A program made the translations under genes and the position numbers. Below, piece after piece: positions 24,128 to 36,495 of a stretch of 64,000 nt of DNA (the stretch's first letter is position 1; each line of letters opens with the position of its first letter). The notes under the pieces were generated by a model that saw nothing but the letters and a program-made list of their open reading frames with translations, was not told the origin of the DNA and did no database searches. Source of the DNA: Microthyrium microscopicum (taxonomy: Eukaryota); NCBI GenBank assembly GCA_010405405.1, contig MU004233.1:1067122-1131121 (forward strand), given 5' to 3'.

Positions 24128-26360
24128 TCAATCGCTTTCATCCTCATCCTCGTCATCCTCGTCCTCACTGCTATCCCGCAATAGGTAGTCGACCAATTGT
24201 CTTGTCTTCTCCCTTAGCCTTGTCACCTCTTTACTTGCCACGCTTCGTTCATCGTTCCACCACTGCTCAATCCCTTCCGCCTCAACTACATCCAGGTTGA
24301 CCAATTCATGCGTCACCCGCAGGAGGATTGCATCTCCATCCAGTCGCTTCGAGAGATCACTTTGTAGCAGGAGCAGTAAATCGACTTGGTCTACTTTGCT
24401 GGCTTTCTCTTTGTCGAATATATTGCGGTTTAGCAATGCCTGATGCGGTTTGATAGTGCTTGTAACCGCAGATGCTATAGATGTGCCATCGCTGACTAGA
24501 GATGAGATGTGTCGCATGAAAGAGGCGACAATGGCCCGTCGCATGGCATGCTCTGATGCTTGTGTCACCATGCGTAGCGAGGTCAATTCAAGTTGCATGT
24601 TGTCGCTAGCATCACCCTTGGCGAGAGAGTCGGTAAGCTGAGCAACGGCTTCGTTGTGGAAAGCGATTTCAGATTTGCGCTCAGAAGCAGAGGTGTCGTC
24701 GTCTGAGGCGAGGGAAATAATGGAACCGGCGGTAGAGTTCCGGCGGCCTTGGCTGGGATCAATGTCGGATGTGTCTGAGAATGAATCGTCGGGGTCTGAA
24801 AATGATTCCGTAGAGAATGTCAGGTGAGAAAGATTGTATACGAGGCCATGCGGGAGGGACGCATCTTCTTCGTCTTCATCATCTGGATCCGGGGAGTATT
24901 CTGTGCCTTTCCCGCCCACCCCAACGACCTTTGTATCCGTGGTAACTGGTTCAAAGTCACCAGAGTCGTCTCTTTTCCGCTTGATACACGTGAGGCGGCT
25001 CGAGCTCTTAACGGTAGTGTTGTCGGCCACTTGGACACCTGTTGCAATTAGGGCGCCGGGCTCAATTATACACTTCTTGCCAATTGTACAACCTTTAGCT
25101 ACAATAGCCTGCTTTATGTGTGAGCCATCTCTGATGACCGTGTCATCCCATATGTAAGCATTTTCTATGGTTACATTGTTGCCTATAATGCAACGTCTTC
25201 CGACCACGCTGCCTATGATGACCGTGCCTTCACCGGCACTAGTATCATTACCTATCATGGTTTTTGGACCTATTTGGCACGACCTTGCGAGTCGTACATC
25301 CAGTTCTTTATATCGAAAGCCTTTAGTCATTTGGTAGTTGTAACCAAAGCATAGGTTGTTGTCCGGTGTCCAAGGATATACCCATCGTTCAATGATCGCC
25401 TTTGATATTGTATCGTACTCCCGGAGATTACGTGCGCGAGCGGCATAGTAATCAGTAGTAACATGCGTGAAGATCTTTTTGCCGTTGAGTTCATAATCTT
25501 TGAGCACGGAGTATAGGAAATTTTGTCGAGCTGTCTGGAAATCAAAATTGTCCGTCCAAAGCGCAAGGACATCAGGAGTATAAATGTCAACTTCGCAGTC
25601 AATGAGATCTGCGCGTATATCCATATCCTGGTGATCATGAAGCAGATCAGGGTCAAGGCTGACAAAGTGTTCTTTTTTATCAGGAGACATGTCCTCGTAA
25701 TGCACACATCTATCATTTTTCGGGTCGATGACAAAAACCGGGGCTTTTTCGCGTCGGCTATCGGAGCCTGTCCCCGACTCTCGCAGTACCATGGTCATTA
25801 TTGCATCTTTGTCTGCCTCCCTTCGTTTTTTGTGCGCCGAGAGTGCCTCTTCCAGAGGAAGGTTTGATATTAGATCTCCATAGACCACCACAAAGTCGTT
25901 TTTTAGTACACCATACTGATCCAGATCGCGCATTACCCCACCAACGGACTCGGACTGCGATCGAATGCATTCGATGCGGGAGAAGTGGGAATTGTCATTA
26001 TTCCAGCCGGCCGTCTCCAGATGGGATTCGACTTCCTCATGGAAGTGGCTTGTGACGATGTAGACATGTTCTACGCCTGCGCTGGCCAGGAAATGAAGGG
26101 TATAATCGATGAGGGGTATATTCGCCAGGTTTAGTAGGCACTGTGAACTGTTAGCAGAGGTGCGCGCACAAGATGTGGGCTGTCGCGATCGTGAGGCAGC
26201 CTTGAGTCACACTTGAACTTACTCTCGGTGTTTGCATAGTCAAGGGCATGAACCGATTCTCGTGACAGTCAGTCAATATGACAGCCTGTAGAGGATCATC
26301 ATGTTCGTCCTCGGGTTTTTGAGAGTGTGCAGGCATCGATTTCTTAGATTTAGGTGCCAT
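24128..26360 (-). CDS. GCD6: Translation initiation factor eIF2B epsilon subunit (about 716 aa, 2 exons)
   Basis: Exon 26360-26223 (LQAVILTD...RFMPLT..TPR) and exon 26140-24128 (CLLNLANIPLIDY...); nucleotidyl-transferase-like domain, hexapeptide beta-helix repeats, acidic linker and W2/HEAT domain. Confidence 0.95.
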
Positions 26361-27479
26361 GGTTGGATAGGCGATTGTGTTGGCAAAGTTGTGGTGAGTA
26401 AAAGTCAAGCTCGGTCGGACTTAAAGATGACAGGGGAGGAATTTATGCTAGTCACTACGCGCTAGTGCGGAGCAGCGTACCAACAGCTTTAGTGGAATAT
26501 TCTGATTGGCTGGTGCTTCTATATTTCAGCCTGATTGCATGACGGACAACCACAGTGCATTCGACGAGCTGAAAAATGGTCTTTTCCTTCAACCAATATG
26601 TCCTCTAATGAAGAGTTGCAGTCGGTAGGTATTCATCATACCTGAATGCAGCGCGTTATTGGCGTTTCCCGCCCATCATGTTAATCATAATATGACACGC
26701 TTTTCAAATCAGTAGTGTGATTTGTGTTTTGTACCATTTCTATTCAGTTTATTAAGCAATGTATATGCTTAAGATATAACCTGAGATCAGTAGGGACTTA
26801 CTTACCCAGGCAGGTACCTAATGTGACATATCGGTAATATTAGCAAAAGGCTGCTCTAAGATTCTGCACTTCGGCCCTGGAGGTTCAAGCCTTGACAGTA
26901 TACCATCTACTTCAAGTGTTGACTTTATTTGTTGCGATCATAACCTTACCAGACTAGAAAGCGACATGAGCTCAGCTTCATTCCAACTTTATCTTCTGAC
27001 GTATCATCAGAAATCTGATCTGTCCTCATTGCTTATCTCCACTAAGTCGTCTTGTTCCACTGGTGCCAGTGTATATTGATCAAGTCCTATCTATAGCTAA
27101 GCTTACTGACGTACACGAGCTAGGACTCAATGGTGCTAAAGCATGGTTGCCTCAACACGACGGTGTGGCTTTCCCCAGCAACTGTCAGGGTTTCAGATTG
27201 ACTATTTCGTAGCACATCCCCCGTTCCTCCAATCAGATCTAAAGACGGAGTACTCCAAAGTATTTTTTTAAATCGTAGCCGGTACTGATCATATAACATA
27301 TATCTTGATTCTGATTTTTGATCTTGTTAGAATGATGTCACGGTTTGTAGTGTTATTGTAGCTTGAAGTAACATGGCATTGAGACTTTAGCATAAATAAG
27401 CCATCATTTCATCGCTTAGTTGACATTTTGATAGATATTTCAACTTCACTTACATCTCCTACAATCTCAAACTTTGAAA

Positions 27480-27925
27480 ATGAAATCTCAACTTATGCTC
27501 GCATGCCTCACGGCAATGATATCAATGGTCTCAGCCAGCCCAACCTATGCTTCGGACATTCAACGCCGTCAAACACCTGCGGCACCCGCTAGAGACGTGT
27601 GCACAGGCGCGACAAGCAATGCCCTTTGTTGCGCTACGGATGTCCTAAATCTTGCAGATCTGGACTGCAAAGCTCGTAGGATCCCCTCCTATACCTTTGC
27701 ATATATGTAAAAGAGACTAATATTTGCTCCGATAGCCCCTACTAGGCCAACTTCAGAGGCCAACTTTAGGACTTTATGTACCGCGCAAGGCCAGCAGCAC
27801 AAGTGCTGTGCCCTTCCCATTGTAAGCTCAATCTTAACTGTCTTCTTGAACGTCTTTTAACATTATTCCAGCTGGGACAAGCACTGTTTTGCAGTGATCC
27901 CGTTAAAGATGCTTTCACTGCTTGA
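27480..27925 (+). CDS. Class II hydrophobin (111 aa, 3 exons)
   Basis: Exons 27480-27675, 27736-27821, 27872-27925; signal peptide and 8 Cys spaced C-x8-CC-x11-C-x16-C-x8-CC-x10-C. Confidence 0.92.
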
Positions 27926-28671
27926 TTTTCGAAAGGCGGAACCTCGAAACTTTATATAGATCTTGTTCTTCATGCAAATTATCTTCGCGTAGAGTATCAC
28001 AGTTAGACTTGACACGCAAAATATATACAACGTCCATTTGAAGGCGTGTAAATTCATTGATACAACAGACTTGATCCCTGAGCATGTCGGAATCCTCTTG
28101 ACCTAATTATCGTTCACTGAAGCACTCTTAGCTAGTATTTGAATTTTATCCTCTTACTTATTTTCTTCAGAAACTTGAGGGAAGTCTAACCGCTTTCAAC
28201 ACTACAACAAAGTTGTATTCTTCACTTTGTAGCTTCATCGTAGTCTTTTATAACTCTATACATGCTATTCATCGACACGAATTACTTACACGGCATCTAG
28301 CCGTTACGTGGACCTAACAGCAGTGTAGACAGCTTCTAGTGCCTGCAAACTCGTTCTCACATCAAAAATTAATTATCGGTTTGACAGAACAAGAGGCGTG
28401 CTCTGATCGACCAAATGCTTTACCGACCAACATGCTTCGGTGGCCAGGCCAGTGCTTCATCTAATGAAAAGGTGATCAAAGCCTTGACGCTTCCTCGACT
28501 GCAAGAGAAAAGTTCTACATGTTCTACCTACAAGAAGGGATATCCATCACTATGAATGACATGTTCTATTCATTGAGCATTTCTATTGGCTACTATCACT
28601 GGCACATTGACAAGGCAGTAGACCAGCAATTTGATCGCCTTTTATAGCCATTGTAAAAAGTAAAATGACAT

Positions 28672-29904
28672 TCAGGATGCTGTCACACAAAGTGGAATCT
28701 GCCCAGAAGATAACTTCCGAACGGTAGATGTGAATGGAAACATGACCATGAATTCCTCAAACGAGACAGAACCATTGTGGTCTTCATCACAAACTCTCAT
28801 CATTTCCTCGATTTCCGCATTAGTAACCAAGTCATCCATACTTCGAATACACTTCTTCAACTCCTCTAAAGATATTTCACCAGAGCCGTCGGCGTCAAAC
28901 ATATTGAACCTTCGACGGGCCCTTGCTTCTGCACTCATATCCATTTTGGTACGGAAGAGAGCTGAAAACTGCTCAAACGTAATTGAGGTACAGTCTTGCT
29001 CTCCAGAAATCCTATTCATAGCCCTTTGAACTTGCTCCGGGGTATATGTTCGACCAGTTGACGCCAATACAGTTGCTAATTCGTTTCGATCAAAAGATCC
29101 ATTTCCATCCTTATCGAAAGCTCGAAAAGTCTCGTGACATTCCGCAATCTCATTTTCGGAAAGCCAACTGGGTACCTGAACGGGTGATTGAGAGTCCGTT
29201 TCTTCTGACAAGGCTTCAATCCTTTCCAGGGCGTCAAAAGCTCGCTGGGTCGCCAGCCAAAGCTTCTTCGGATCGTGGCCAAATTTGACGCACCCGTCTT
29301 CGGCAATCAATGGCAAGTCGAATCGAATCTTAGGATTCTCCATCAACATGCGCCCTACTTCGCAGGTTTCTCGTCCGTAGTAATGATCTCTGTGAGGAAA
29401 TGTTCCACATAGCTTGATGATTCTGAGATGCTCCTCGAAAATGGTTCGGAAAACGTGCAGCTCTGAGGGAAGAAGAGGCTCTAGTGAGTTGTAGAACGTA
29501 ACTCCCCATTGTTGATATTCTACGTTCTCTTGATGCGTCATGATCAAGCAAGGAACGAATATACATTCTTCTGGTTTGAGCACTTCTAACCATTGATGTT
29601 CATCAACAATCTTTCGCGCCATGCGATCCCCGGCAAAGGATTGTATCGTATGGCGATAAATATTCCGGGGAAATTGGTCGACTAAGATCATTAAAGCCAG
29701 ACATCCTCTCGGTGTTGCTTTCCAGGAATCGTAGCCGCCGCTCAATGCTTTTGCGACATGGTCCCCGAATCGCGTTTTAATCTCGATATCGGTCTCGTTG
29801 CTCTTTCCGAACCACAATCCCAGACATTTCATAACATCCAGGGTCCCGACCGGATTGCGGAGGAACATAAACTGGATCAGCTCTTCCTGAAGTATTTCTG
29901 ACAT
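28672..29904 (-). CDS. DUF924-family domain fused to a calmodulin-like EF-hand domain (410 aa, intronless)
   Basis: LALMILVDQFPRNIYR and HLRIIKLCGTFPHRDHYYGR are DUF924 signatures; EF loops DKDGNGSFDRNE, DADGSGEISLEE, DEDHNGSVSFEE plus one degenerate loop; first ATG at 29904. Confidence 0.85.
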   Translation of the reverse strand: MSEILQEELIQFMFLRNPVGTLDVMKCLGLWFGKSNETDIEIKTRFGDHVAKALSGGYDSWKATPRGCLALMILVDQFPRNIYRHTIQSFAGDRMARKIVDEHQWLEVLKPEECIFVPCLIMTHQENVEYQQWGVTFYNSLEPLLPSELHVFRTIFEEHLRIIKLCGTFPHRDHYYGRETCEVGRMLMENPKIRFDLPLIAEDGCVKFGHDPKKLWLATQRAFDALERIEALSEETDSQSPVQVPSWLSENEIAECHETFRAFDKDGNGSFDRNELATVLASTGRTYTPEQVQRAMNRISGEQDCTSITFEQFSALFRTKMDMSAEARARRRFNMFDADGSGEISLEELKKCIRSMDDLVTNAEIEEMMRVCDEDHNGSVSFEEFMVMFPFTSTVRKLSSGQIPLCVTAS

Positions 29905-32324
29905 GTTTGCTGTTCTGAGAGGATTGGATTTTTTTGGGGGTTTCAATTATTTGGTCGTACTTCAGATTTTGTTTTCTTCGTCGGGTACAGCACCCTTATT
30001 CTGAACTATCATCTGCATAACCAAATATGAGTGCTGATATGCTTGCATCGAACGCTCATGTTCAGTACCAATCAAAGTGAGCCGCCAGGTCTAGACCAAT
30101 GCAGGTCGCATACAATTCGCCAAGTCTTACTGCATTTGTGCTAAACCAACTCATTTTCAGCTCTCGCCAACTGATTTGGCGCTCAATCCAGACATTCGGA
30201 AGCAAAGCAAAGGCCGTTTTGAACAAATTTGGTGAAGCCAGCTGGTGGGGTGCACGAAGCTACGAGTGAGGTTGCATATATTCTGCGTATTGGACTGCCA
30301 CGTTTTTGAGCCCTACGAATCCAGGATCTTCCTCACGTCCAGTCGCCCATAATTGCTACTGTTCAGGTTTTATCTGCTTAGCTCCTCAAAACACTCTTGG
30401 ACTAATTTGACTTGCTTGTACCTCCGTTCCCGCCTTCCTGCAATGCGATTATTGCAAAGAGAGGGAAATGATTTGAGCTAGCACTGATTGGAATAGCTGA
30501 TAAGCACTTCAGCCTTGCGTTCAGCCTTACCGACACCACTTCACTTCATCCTTGTCAGATATCGAGATTGACTCCACTTCCAACTCTGGCGTTAAGATGA
30601 CCAGACCTTATGGGTGCTGGTGCTGTTGGTGACAATTTTCATAGTAGCTTGTCTGAAATACTTACAGACGACTCTACTCACTACTAGGTACACTTGGAAA
30701 CTCGTTGTACATTTTACACACTAAGTAGTAACTGCAACTCTCAAATACTTTAAGAAGCACGAAGTAGACAGATCAATCGATAAATATATAAGTTAAGCCA
30801 GTCGCTCTGAGTGAAGCCGCAAAGCTTCTTGCATCAATTCCCTGAAGCAATTGCAAGAGTCTTCCTAAGGTTGATTTAGCCAAAATCCAGTAATCTCAAG
30901 CGCTTTCAAAGAATGTACCAACACGTAGGTTGACAGTTATAGCGTTTGTTCTAAAAGAATCTTAGCTCCTATACACCTACGGCTCCAAACCCATAAAGTA
31001 CTTGATAGTCATGATCCAGATCAGTGTCTTAGCAGCAATACGAGCGGTTTCTCTCTGTAGCTTCAAAATGATTCGAGCATTTCAAAAAGCATCACTTGGA
31101 CCTGCGTTAACCTTTTCGTGGGTGTACAAAATCCTCGGGTGAGTTTAATAAAGTTAGATGTTGGCTGCGGAAGGAACACGTACTGAACATAATCACAAGG
31201 CATAAAACTTGCGGTCCTGATTCTCTACACCCGAATTGATAATTCGTCACTAATCAATTTTGAAGGTGAGGCTTCTAGGTCTGACCGTGTACTCTTAAAT
31301 CTGCTGGTCCAATATCATTTGAACATAGTCTAACACGTGCATAATTCTAGCTAGGGTATCCTACTGCTCAGTATATGATGCCCTCTTGGCTTTTCAAGCT
31401 TAAAATTTTTATTTTTCCCTTGTTCCTGGTGATCAACCTTGGCTTCTTCATATGGAAGCGGAGAAATTCTTTGGGGGCTAAATTTACCTTACTTGATTTT
31501 AGGTATTGCTGACTTTGGTAACTCGATATATTAATTATGGGCAATTAGCCAGCATGTCTTCTTCCATAAGATTTGAATGATCTACGAGCGATCAGTATGA
31601 CATACGATCAAATGTTCAAAAGGCCCTTCTCTATGGAGTCTTCTTGCCACTAAGCTTTCAATTGATTCCAAGAGTTTTGCTTGGCTAAGTTAGGATAATG
31701 CTCACATGCTAGAAAATAAATGAGCATATCATTGCTCTATTCTTCATCTCTAACATGAAAGACAAACGAATACTTTCTTGGCCAGCACATTCTGAAAGGA
31801 AACTACCTGACCTAGTACTACTACGGACATGGGATGAAGTTGGAAATTGCTAATTCAGTCTCGAGCGCTTTACAATGTTGACAAGTGCTAAGCCTCAATT
31901 TATCATGGATGAGGGTTCTCTTAAATTAATAGGGATTACGTTCTTACACAATACTAACTGGATTCGGAGGTTTCAAAGTGTTTGCTTACCTACCGAGCTC
32001 TATCATTTTGTAAAATAATCCAATTGATCGTAGCTTGTGCAGCAATTCAATGGTTCGACCTGGTGCAGTTGAAGGCAAAAATAGACGGGAAATTGCTACC
32101 AATAATCATTCTGACCTCAGACCGTGAATCTGGTCAACCTAGAGTAAACCAGATGGCCTAGCGCAGGAACGAGAATATTGTTTATAGTGCTTGTAGAATT
32201 TTTGTATAAAGTGAACCGTTTACCTCACACATTTCTATCTTCAGATCATTCAATTCATTCATTCCGTCTTCTTCAGACACATCTTCCAGTACTTTAAAAT
32301 ACCTTACAACAATCCTTCGCAATC

Positions 32325-33017
32325 ATGCAATTCACCAAGGCAATCCTGATTGCTATCCTCTCCTTCAATGGAGCTTTAGCGGCTGAAGCCACAGCTAGCA
32401 ATAGTGTTGCAGCGCCCGTTGATGGCCCACGAGGAAACGATTTCAGAGGTGGACGTGATGAACACCGCAACGGACGCGATGAGTTCCGTGGAGGACGAGA
32501 CAATTTCAGAGGAGATCGCGGTAAGCTCAACCCTTTCGCCGATGTTTTAGTTTGATCGCTAACACGTGCTTTCACAGATCACCATGACCGCGATAACTTC
32601 AGAGGCGATCGTGGTTTGTGAACCTTTCAGAACTCGGACTTACATAGAAACTAACAGTCGACTAGACCACCGCGACAACCGCGAACACCGCGACTCGCGT
32701 GATCACAGAGGATATGTCAAGCGCGCTGTTGAAGCCGACGGCCCTCGAGGAAACCAAGGACCTCACTTAGGACCTGGTCCAGTTGTCGTACCCGGTGGAC
32801 CTCTAGATCATAACCGTGGTGGAAGAGATGGCGGAAGAGACAACAGAGACCATGGCCGCGATGGCCGAGATGGTGGAAGAGACAACAGAGACCACCGTGA
32901 TGAGCACAGAGATGAGCATAGAGGCGATCGCGGCCGTGATGGGCGTGATGGACGTCGGTAAGTCTATCCAGAAAATCATACCTTTCCATTTTCGCTAACT
33001 TAAATAGTGGAAACTAG
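32325..33017 (+). CDS. Small secreted Arg/Gly/Asp/His-rich repeat protein with an internal Kex2 site (177 aa, 4 exons)
   Basis: Signal peptide MQFTKAILIAILSFNGALA; exons 32325-32520, 32578-32613, 32666-32957, 33008-33017, each intron GT..CTAAC..AG; TATAAA about 120 bp upstream. Confidence 0.85.
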
Positions 33018-33844
33018 ATCGACACTCTCCGTCGAGCTTGATAAATTTTCTTCTTTCTAACTCTGTATCTCTCTGTACATATATTTTACCAATAAAATCA
33101 GTCCTTGATTATTCTACTTTGTATGAATTCGAGATTATCGTGATTGTCCTGGTACGATAAATGTTTTGTACACTCTCGGATGAACATAATATCAGTCTCT
33201 GACGATTGATGAAGCTTATAGAATGCTACGAACGATAGGTAATAGTTGGAGGTGAACAATGCTTGACAATTAGAGATGAGTCTCAATTGTGCGTCATGCG
33301 TTCTTCATTTTTATCAACTAGTACAACTAGTTTTATTTTTAAGTTAAGCACTCGCCCTTCACCTTCGAGTATTCGGTATGGCTTGACTTTCTTATTGTCT
33401 ACTCTAAGCTACTCTCGTTGCAGAAAAAAAGTTTCTTTCTAAGTTGTCGGTCAGATGTGCTGCGCCACTGTCAGGGGCATTCAGCCTCGTCTCAAACAAT
33501 TAGGAAGTGGCGCTATAAAGCCGACTCCTCGAGGAGTTAAAGGGACTTGTAAAATCTGTCCGACCCAGAGTGTCGTTCTAGAGAACTGAGATCTCTCAAA
33601 TCCCTGACAAAGACAGTTCATTAAGTTGCGATGAGTCTGGTGTTGCTGGTTGTTCAGGAGGCCCAACGATGGAGTTGAGAGCATTTGGAAACTCTAGGAA
33701 CAAGAGGAGAGTAATAAGGTGAGCGACAAAATCAAAGGCCTTATGATTAAACACTTATAAAGGAGCATCCTATCCCACATTCTAACAAAGATTATAGACT
33801 TTCATATTCCATGCTTAATATTCGTGTGAGCAAGATGTGGCATA

Positions 33845-33914
33845 CCCATCGGTTAAGAACACGCTCACCCTAGGTAATTAGAGACAGCTCAGCACTAAGG
33901 ACAGCTTAACGCTA
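33845..33914 (+). repeat. Left TIR of the pogo-like element
   Basis: Reverse-complement match to 52502-52571; first 26 bp identical, remaining differences are transitions. Confidence 0.92.
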
Positions 33915-36161
33915 AATTACTACTAGTAATATAATTATCTTATTACTATTCTATTAGATTTTATTATTAGCACCTAAAATTAATATAAGATATAATTTAA
34001 GATAAGCTTTAAATTTTATATTAATTTTAGCATTATAACTCTTTAAATAACTATTAAATAATATCTTAAAGTTAGTAACTTTAGGACTTAATTAGCTAAA
34101 AATATATAGAATTCTGACTATTTTTTATAGCTACTTAGTAACTATATATAGTATACTTTTTAAATTTTAACTAAAGTATATTTAGACCTAAAAGACTCTA
34201 TATCTTAGTTTTTAAATAATATTATTAACCTTTAAATTAGTAGTTATAATAAGTTAAATTCCCTAAGCTTAGGCCTTGTTAGTAGCTTCTTATTAGCTTT
34301 ACTACTTCGTAATAATTTTACTACTTTAACTATTTACTACTACTATAACTAAAAATTCTATTTCTATTATTATGCCTCTAAAATTAATTCTAAAGAAGCA
34401 GAAATATAAGCAGTACGCTACTAAAGAATATTTATTTAAAGATATTATTAAATTTTAGTATAAATATCCTAAGACAATATAGACTTAACTTATAAAGAAA
34501 TTTACCCCTTTATAGCTTAATTAAATATAGCGCTACTATTTTAAGATATTAAAATTACGTTTATAGCGTACTAAAACTAACTAAAAGCTTTCTAAAAAAG
34601 AAGAAAACGCGCTTATTTAATACTTTAATTTAATAGCTAAAATTTATATTCCTATTTACCTTAAGTTAATCTAAAAGGCTACTAATAAGTTATTATAATA
34701 AGATATTAAAGATTTAGATATAATTTTTTTTAAAAAACGACCTTAGATTAGATCTAAATAAGCTTATTGTTAGCTAAAGCGTAATAAATTTACTCTATAA
34801 TTTTAACCTACTATTAAAGCTATAAGGAAGTAAGCTATAAATAAGAATAATATTAAGCACTTTTATTAGAATTATAAAGATACTACTACTAAATATAATA
34901 TCTTAATTAAAGACTAATAGAATATAGATAAAATAGGTATATAGATTAACGTTAGAAGAGGTAAAGTAGTAGTTATGCCTAATAATTACGAGTTCTTTAG
35001 CTACTATTTTAACTATATTAAATCTCTTAGAGAGAGAGAATAAATAATATCTATAGAGGCGTATTTAGCTATAGGAAGAACTATAGATTCTTTACTAATT
35101 ATAAAGAGCAAAGTTATATAGCAAAAATAGTTTAATAGCCTTAAATTAGATAATATTACAATTAGTAAGTTATTAGACTTAAAAACGAGTATATTTACTA
35201 ACTAAATACCCTATAGTAGTCTTAGGATCTAGTTACGCTAATAATTACCTTAGATTTATCTAGATATAGTATTTTTAACGTCTTTTAAAGCAATATTAGC
35301 TAAAGAATTACCTACGCTAGAAGGCTTACTAGTAGCTCTTAATAATTAATAAATATAAAAGCTATTTTACCTTATAATTTATACTATACTACGAGCTAAA
35401 TAAGATTAAATTACTACTACTACTACTATATTTAACGCACTTCCTTTAACTATTAAATATTAGTATCTTTTAACCTTAGAAATATTAGTATTTAGAAGAA
35501 ATTAACGCCTATATTTATTAAGGAATTATTAATTTTAATTAATAATATCTTCTTAAAGCTATTAAGTATATTTAATCTAAAGCCTTTACTAAAAATAATA
35601 TTTAATTAGCCTAGAGACATATTAGTATAGTACTATTTAATCCTAAGTTAGTTCTTTATTAAATACCTATAGTAGATTCTTTAAAAGGGCTTCTACTATA
35701 CCTAAATTAGAATCCTACTATTAAATAATTTAGGAAGCATACTATAATACCTAAAGAAGTATTACCTAAGATCTAAAGCTCTCTATAATATCTAAAGCGT
35801 TTTAAATAATAAGTACATAAAATTAAGCGCTAGTAACAATCTTTAGTATTTTTAGTACTTTCTAAGATTCGTTAGTAAAGATAAAATAACCTAAAAACGT
35901 TTTTAAAGTGTATTTTAGTAAAGAATAACCTATAGATAATACTAATTAATTACTACTTTAATTCTTATCTTATAAGACTCTATAATAAGATAATAGGAAG
36001 TAAATCTTATAAATAGGTTTAAAAGGAAGAATTTATCTATTTTAGTAATATTAAAGGACGTAATATTACTAGTTTAGTAAATATACTTTTATACTAGCGT
36101 ACTATTAGGCTATACTTTAGTAATAAGTAGCTTTTTTACTAATTATACTTCTTTAATTATA

Positions 36162-36389
36162 TGTAAGGATCTAATAGGTATATAATTAAGTAAAGAGTAG
36201 ATAATATTTAATAATCTAGTATATAAAGAGAAAGAGAGAAGTAGAGTAGAATCTATACTAAGGAAAGAAGAGAGTAATACTTAGTAAATCCTTAGAGACG
36301 CTAGCCCTAATTAGGACTAGCGCTACTAAATCTTTATAAAGATCTAGCTTAATACTAAAGCTATTATACTTTAGTAAAGAATCCTTATA
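36162..36389 (-). repeat. 3' LTR of element A
   Basis: TGTAAGGATC...ATCCTTATA, a direct repeat of 51366-51593. Confidence 0.9.
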
Positions 36390-36447
36390 TTACTCCTCTC
36401 TCTAAAACTAGTACTTTAAGCTACGTTCTAACCTATATTGTCTTATT

Positions 36448-36495
36448 CTAGGCTAGGCTAGGCTAGTCTAGTCTAGTCTAGTCTAATCTAATCTA
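36448..36495 (-). repeat. Pentamer microsatellite (TAGAC/TAGCC)n in the 3' UTR of element A
   Basis: CTAGGCTAGGCTAGGCTAGTCTAGTCTAGTCTAGTCTAATCTAATCTA on the plus strand. Confidence 0.85.

Noticed and set aside
28672..29946. 424-aa version of the DUF924-EF protein starting at 29946
   Set aside because: It starts at a TTG codon; the first ATG is at 29904
30400..31300. Possible decayed minus-strand gene in the long intergenic region
   Set aside because: Only short frames with frequent stops and no identifiable family
18111..33017. Secondary-metabolite gene cluster around the Zn2Cys6 factor
   Set aside because: No PKS, NRPS, terpene cyclase, DUF3328/UstYa or transporter gene in the window
36448..36495. 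Telomeric repeat or CRISPR-like array
   Set aside because: 5-nt unit, not TTAGGG, has no spacers, and lies inside a retrotransposon 3' UTR
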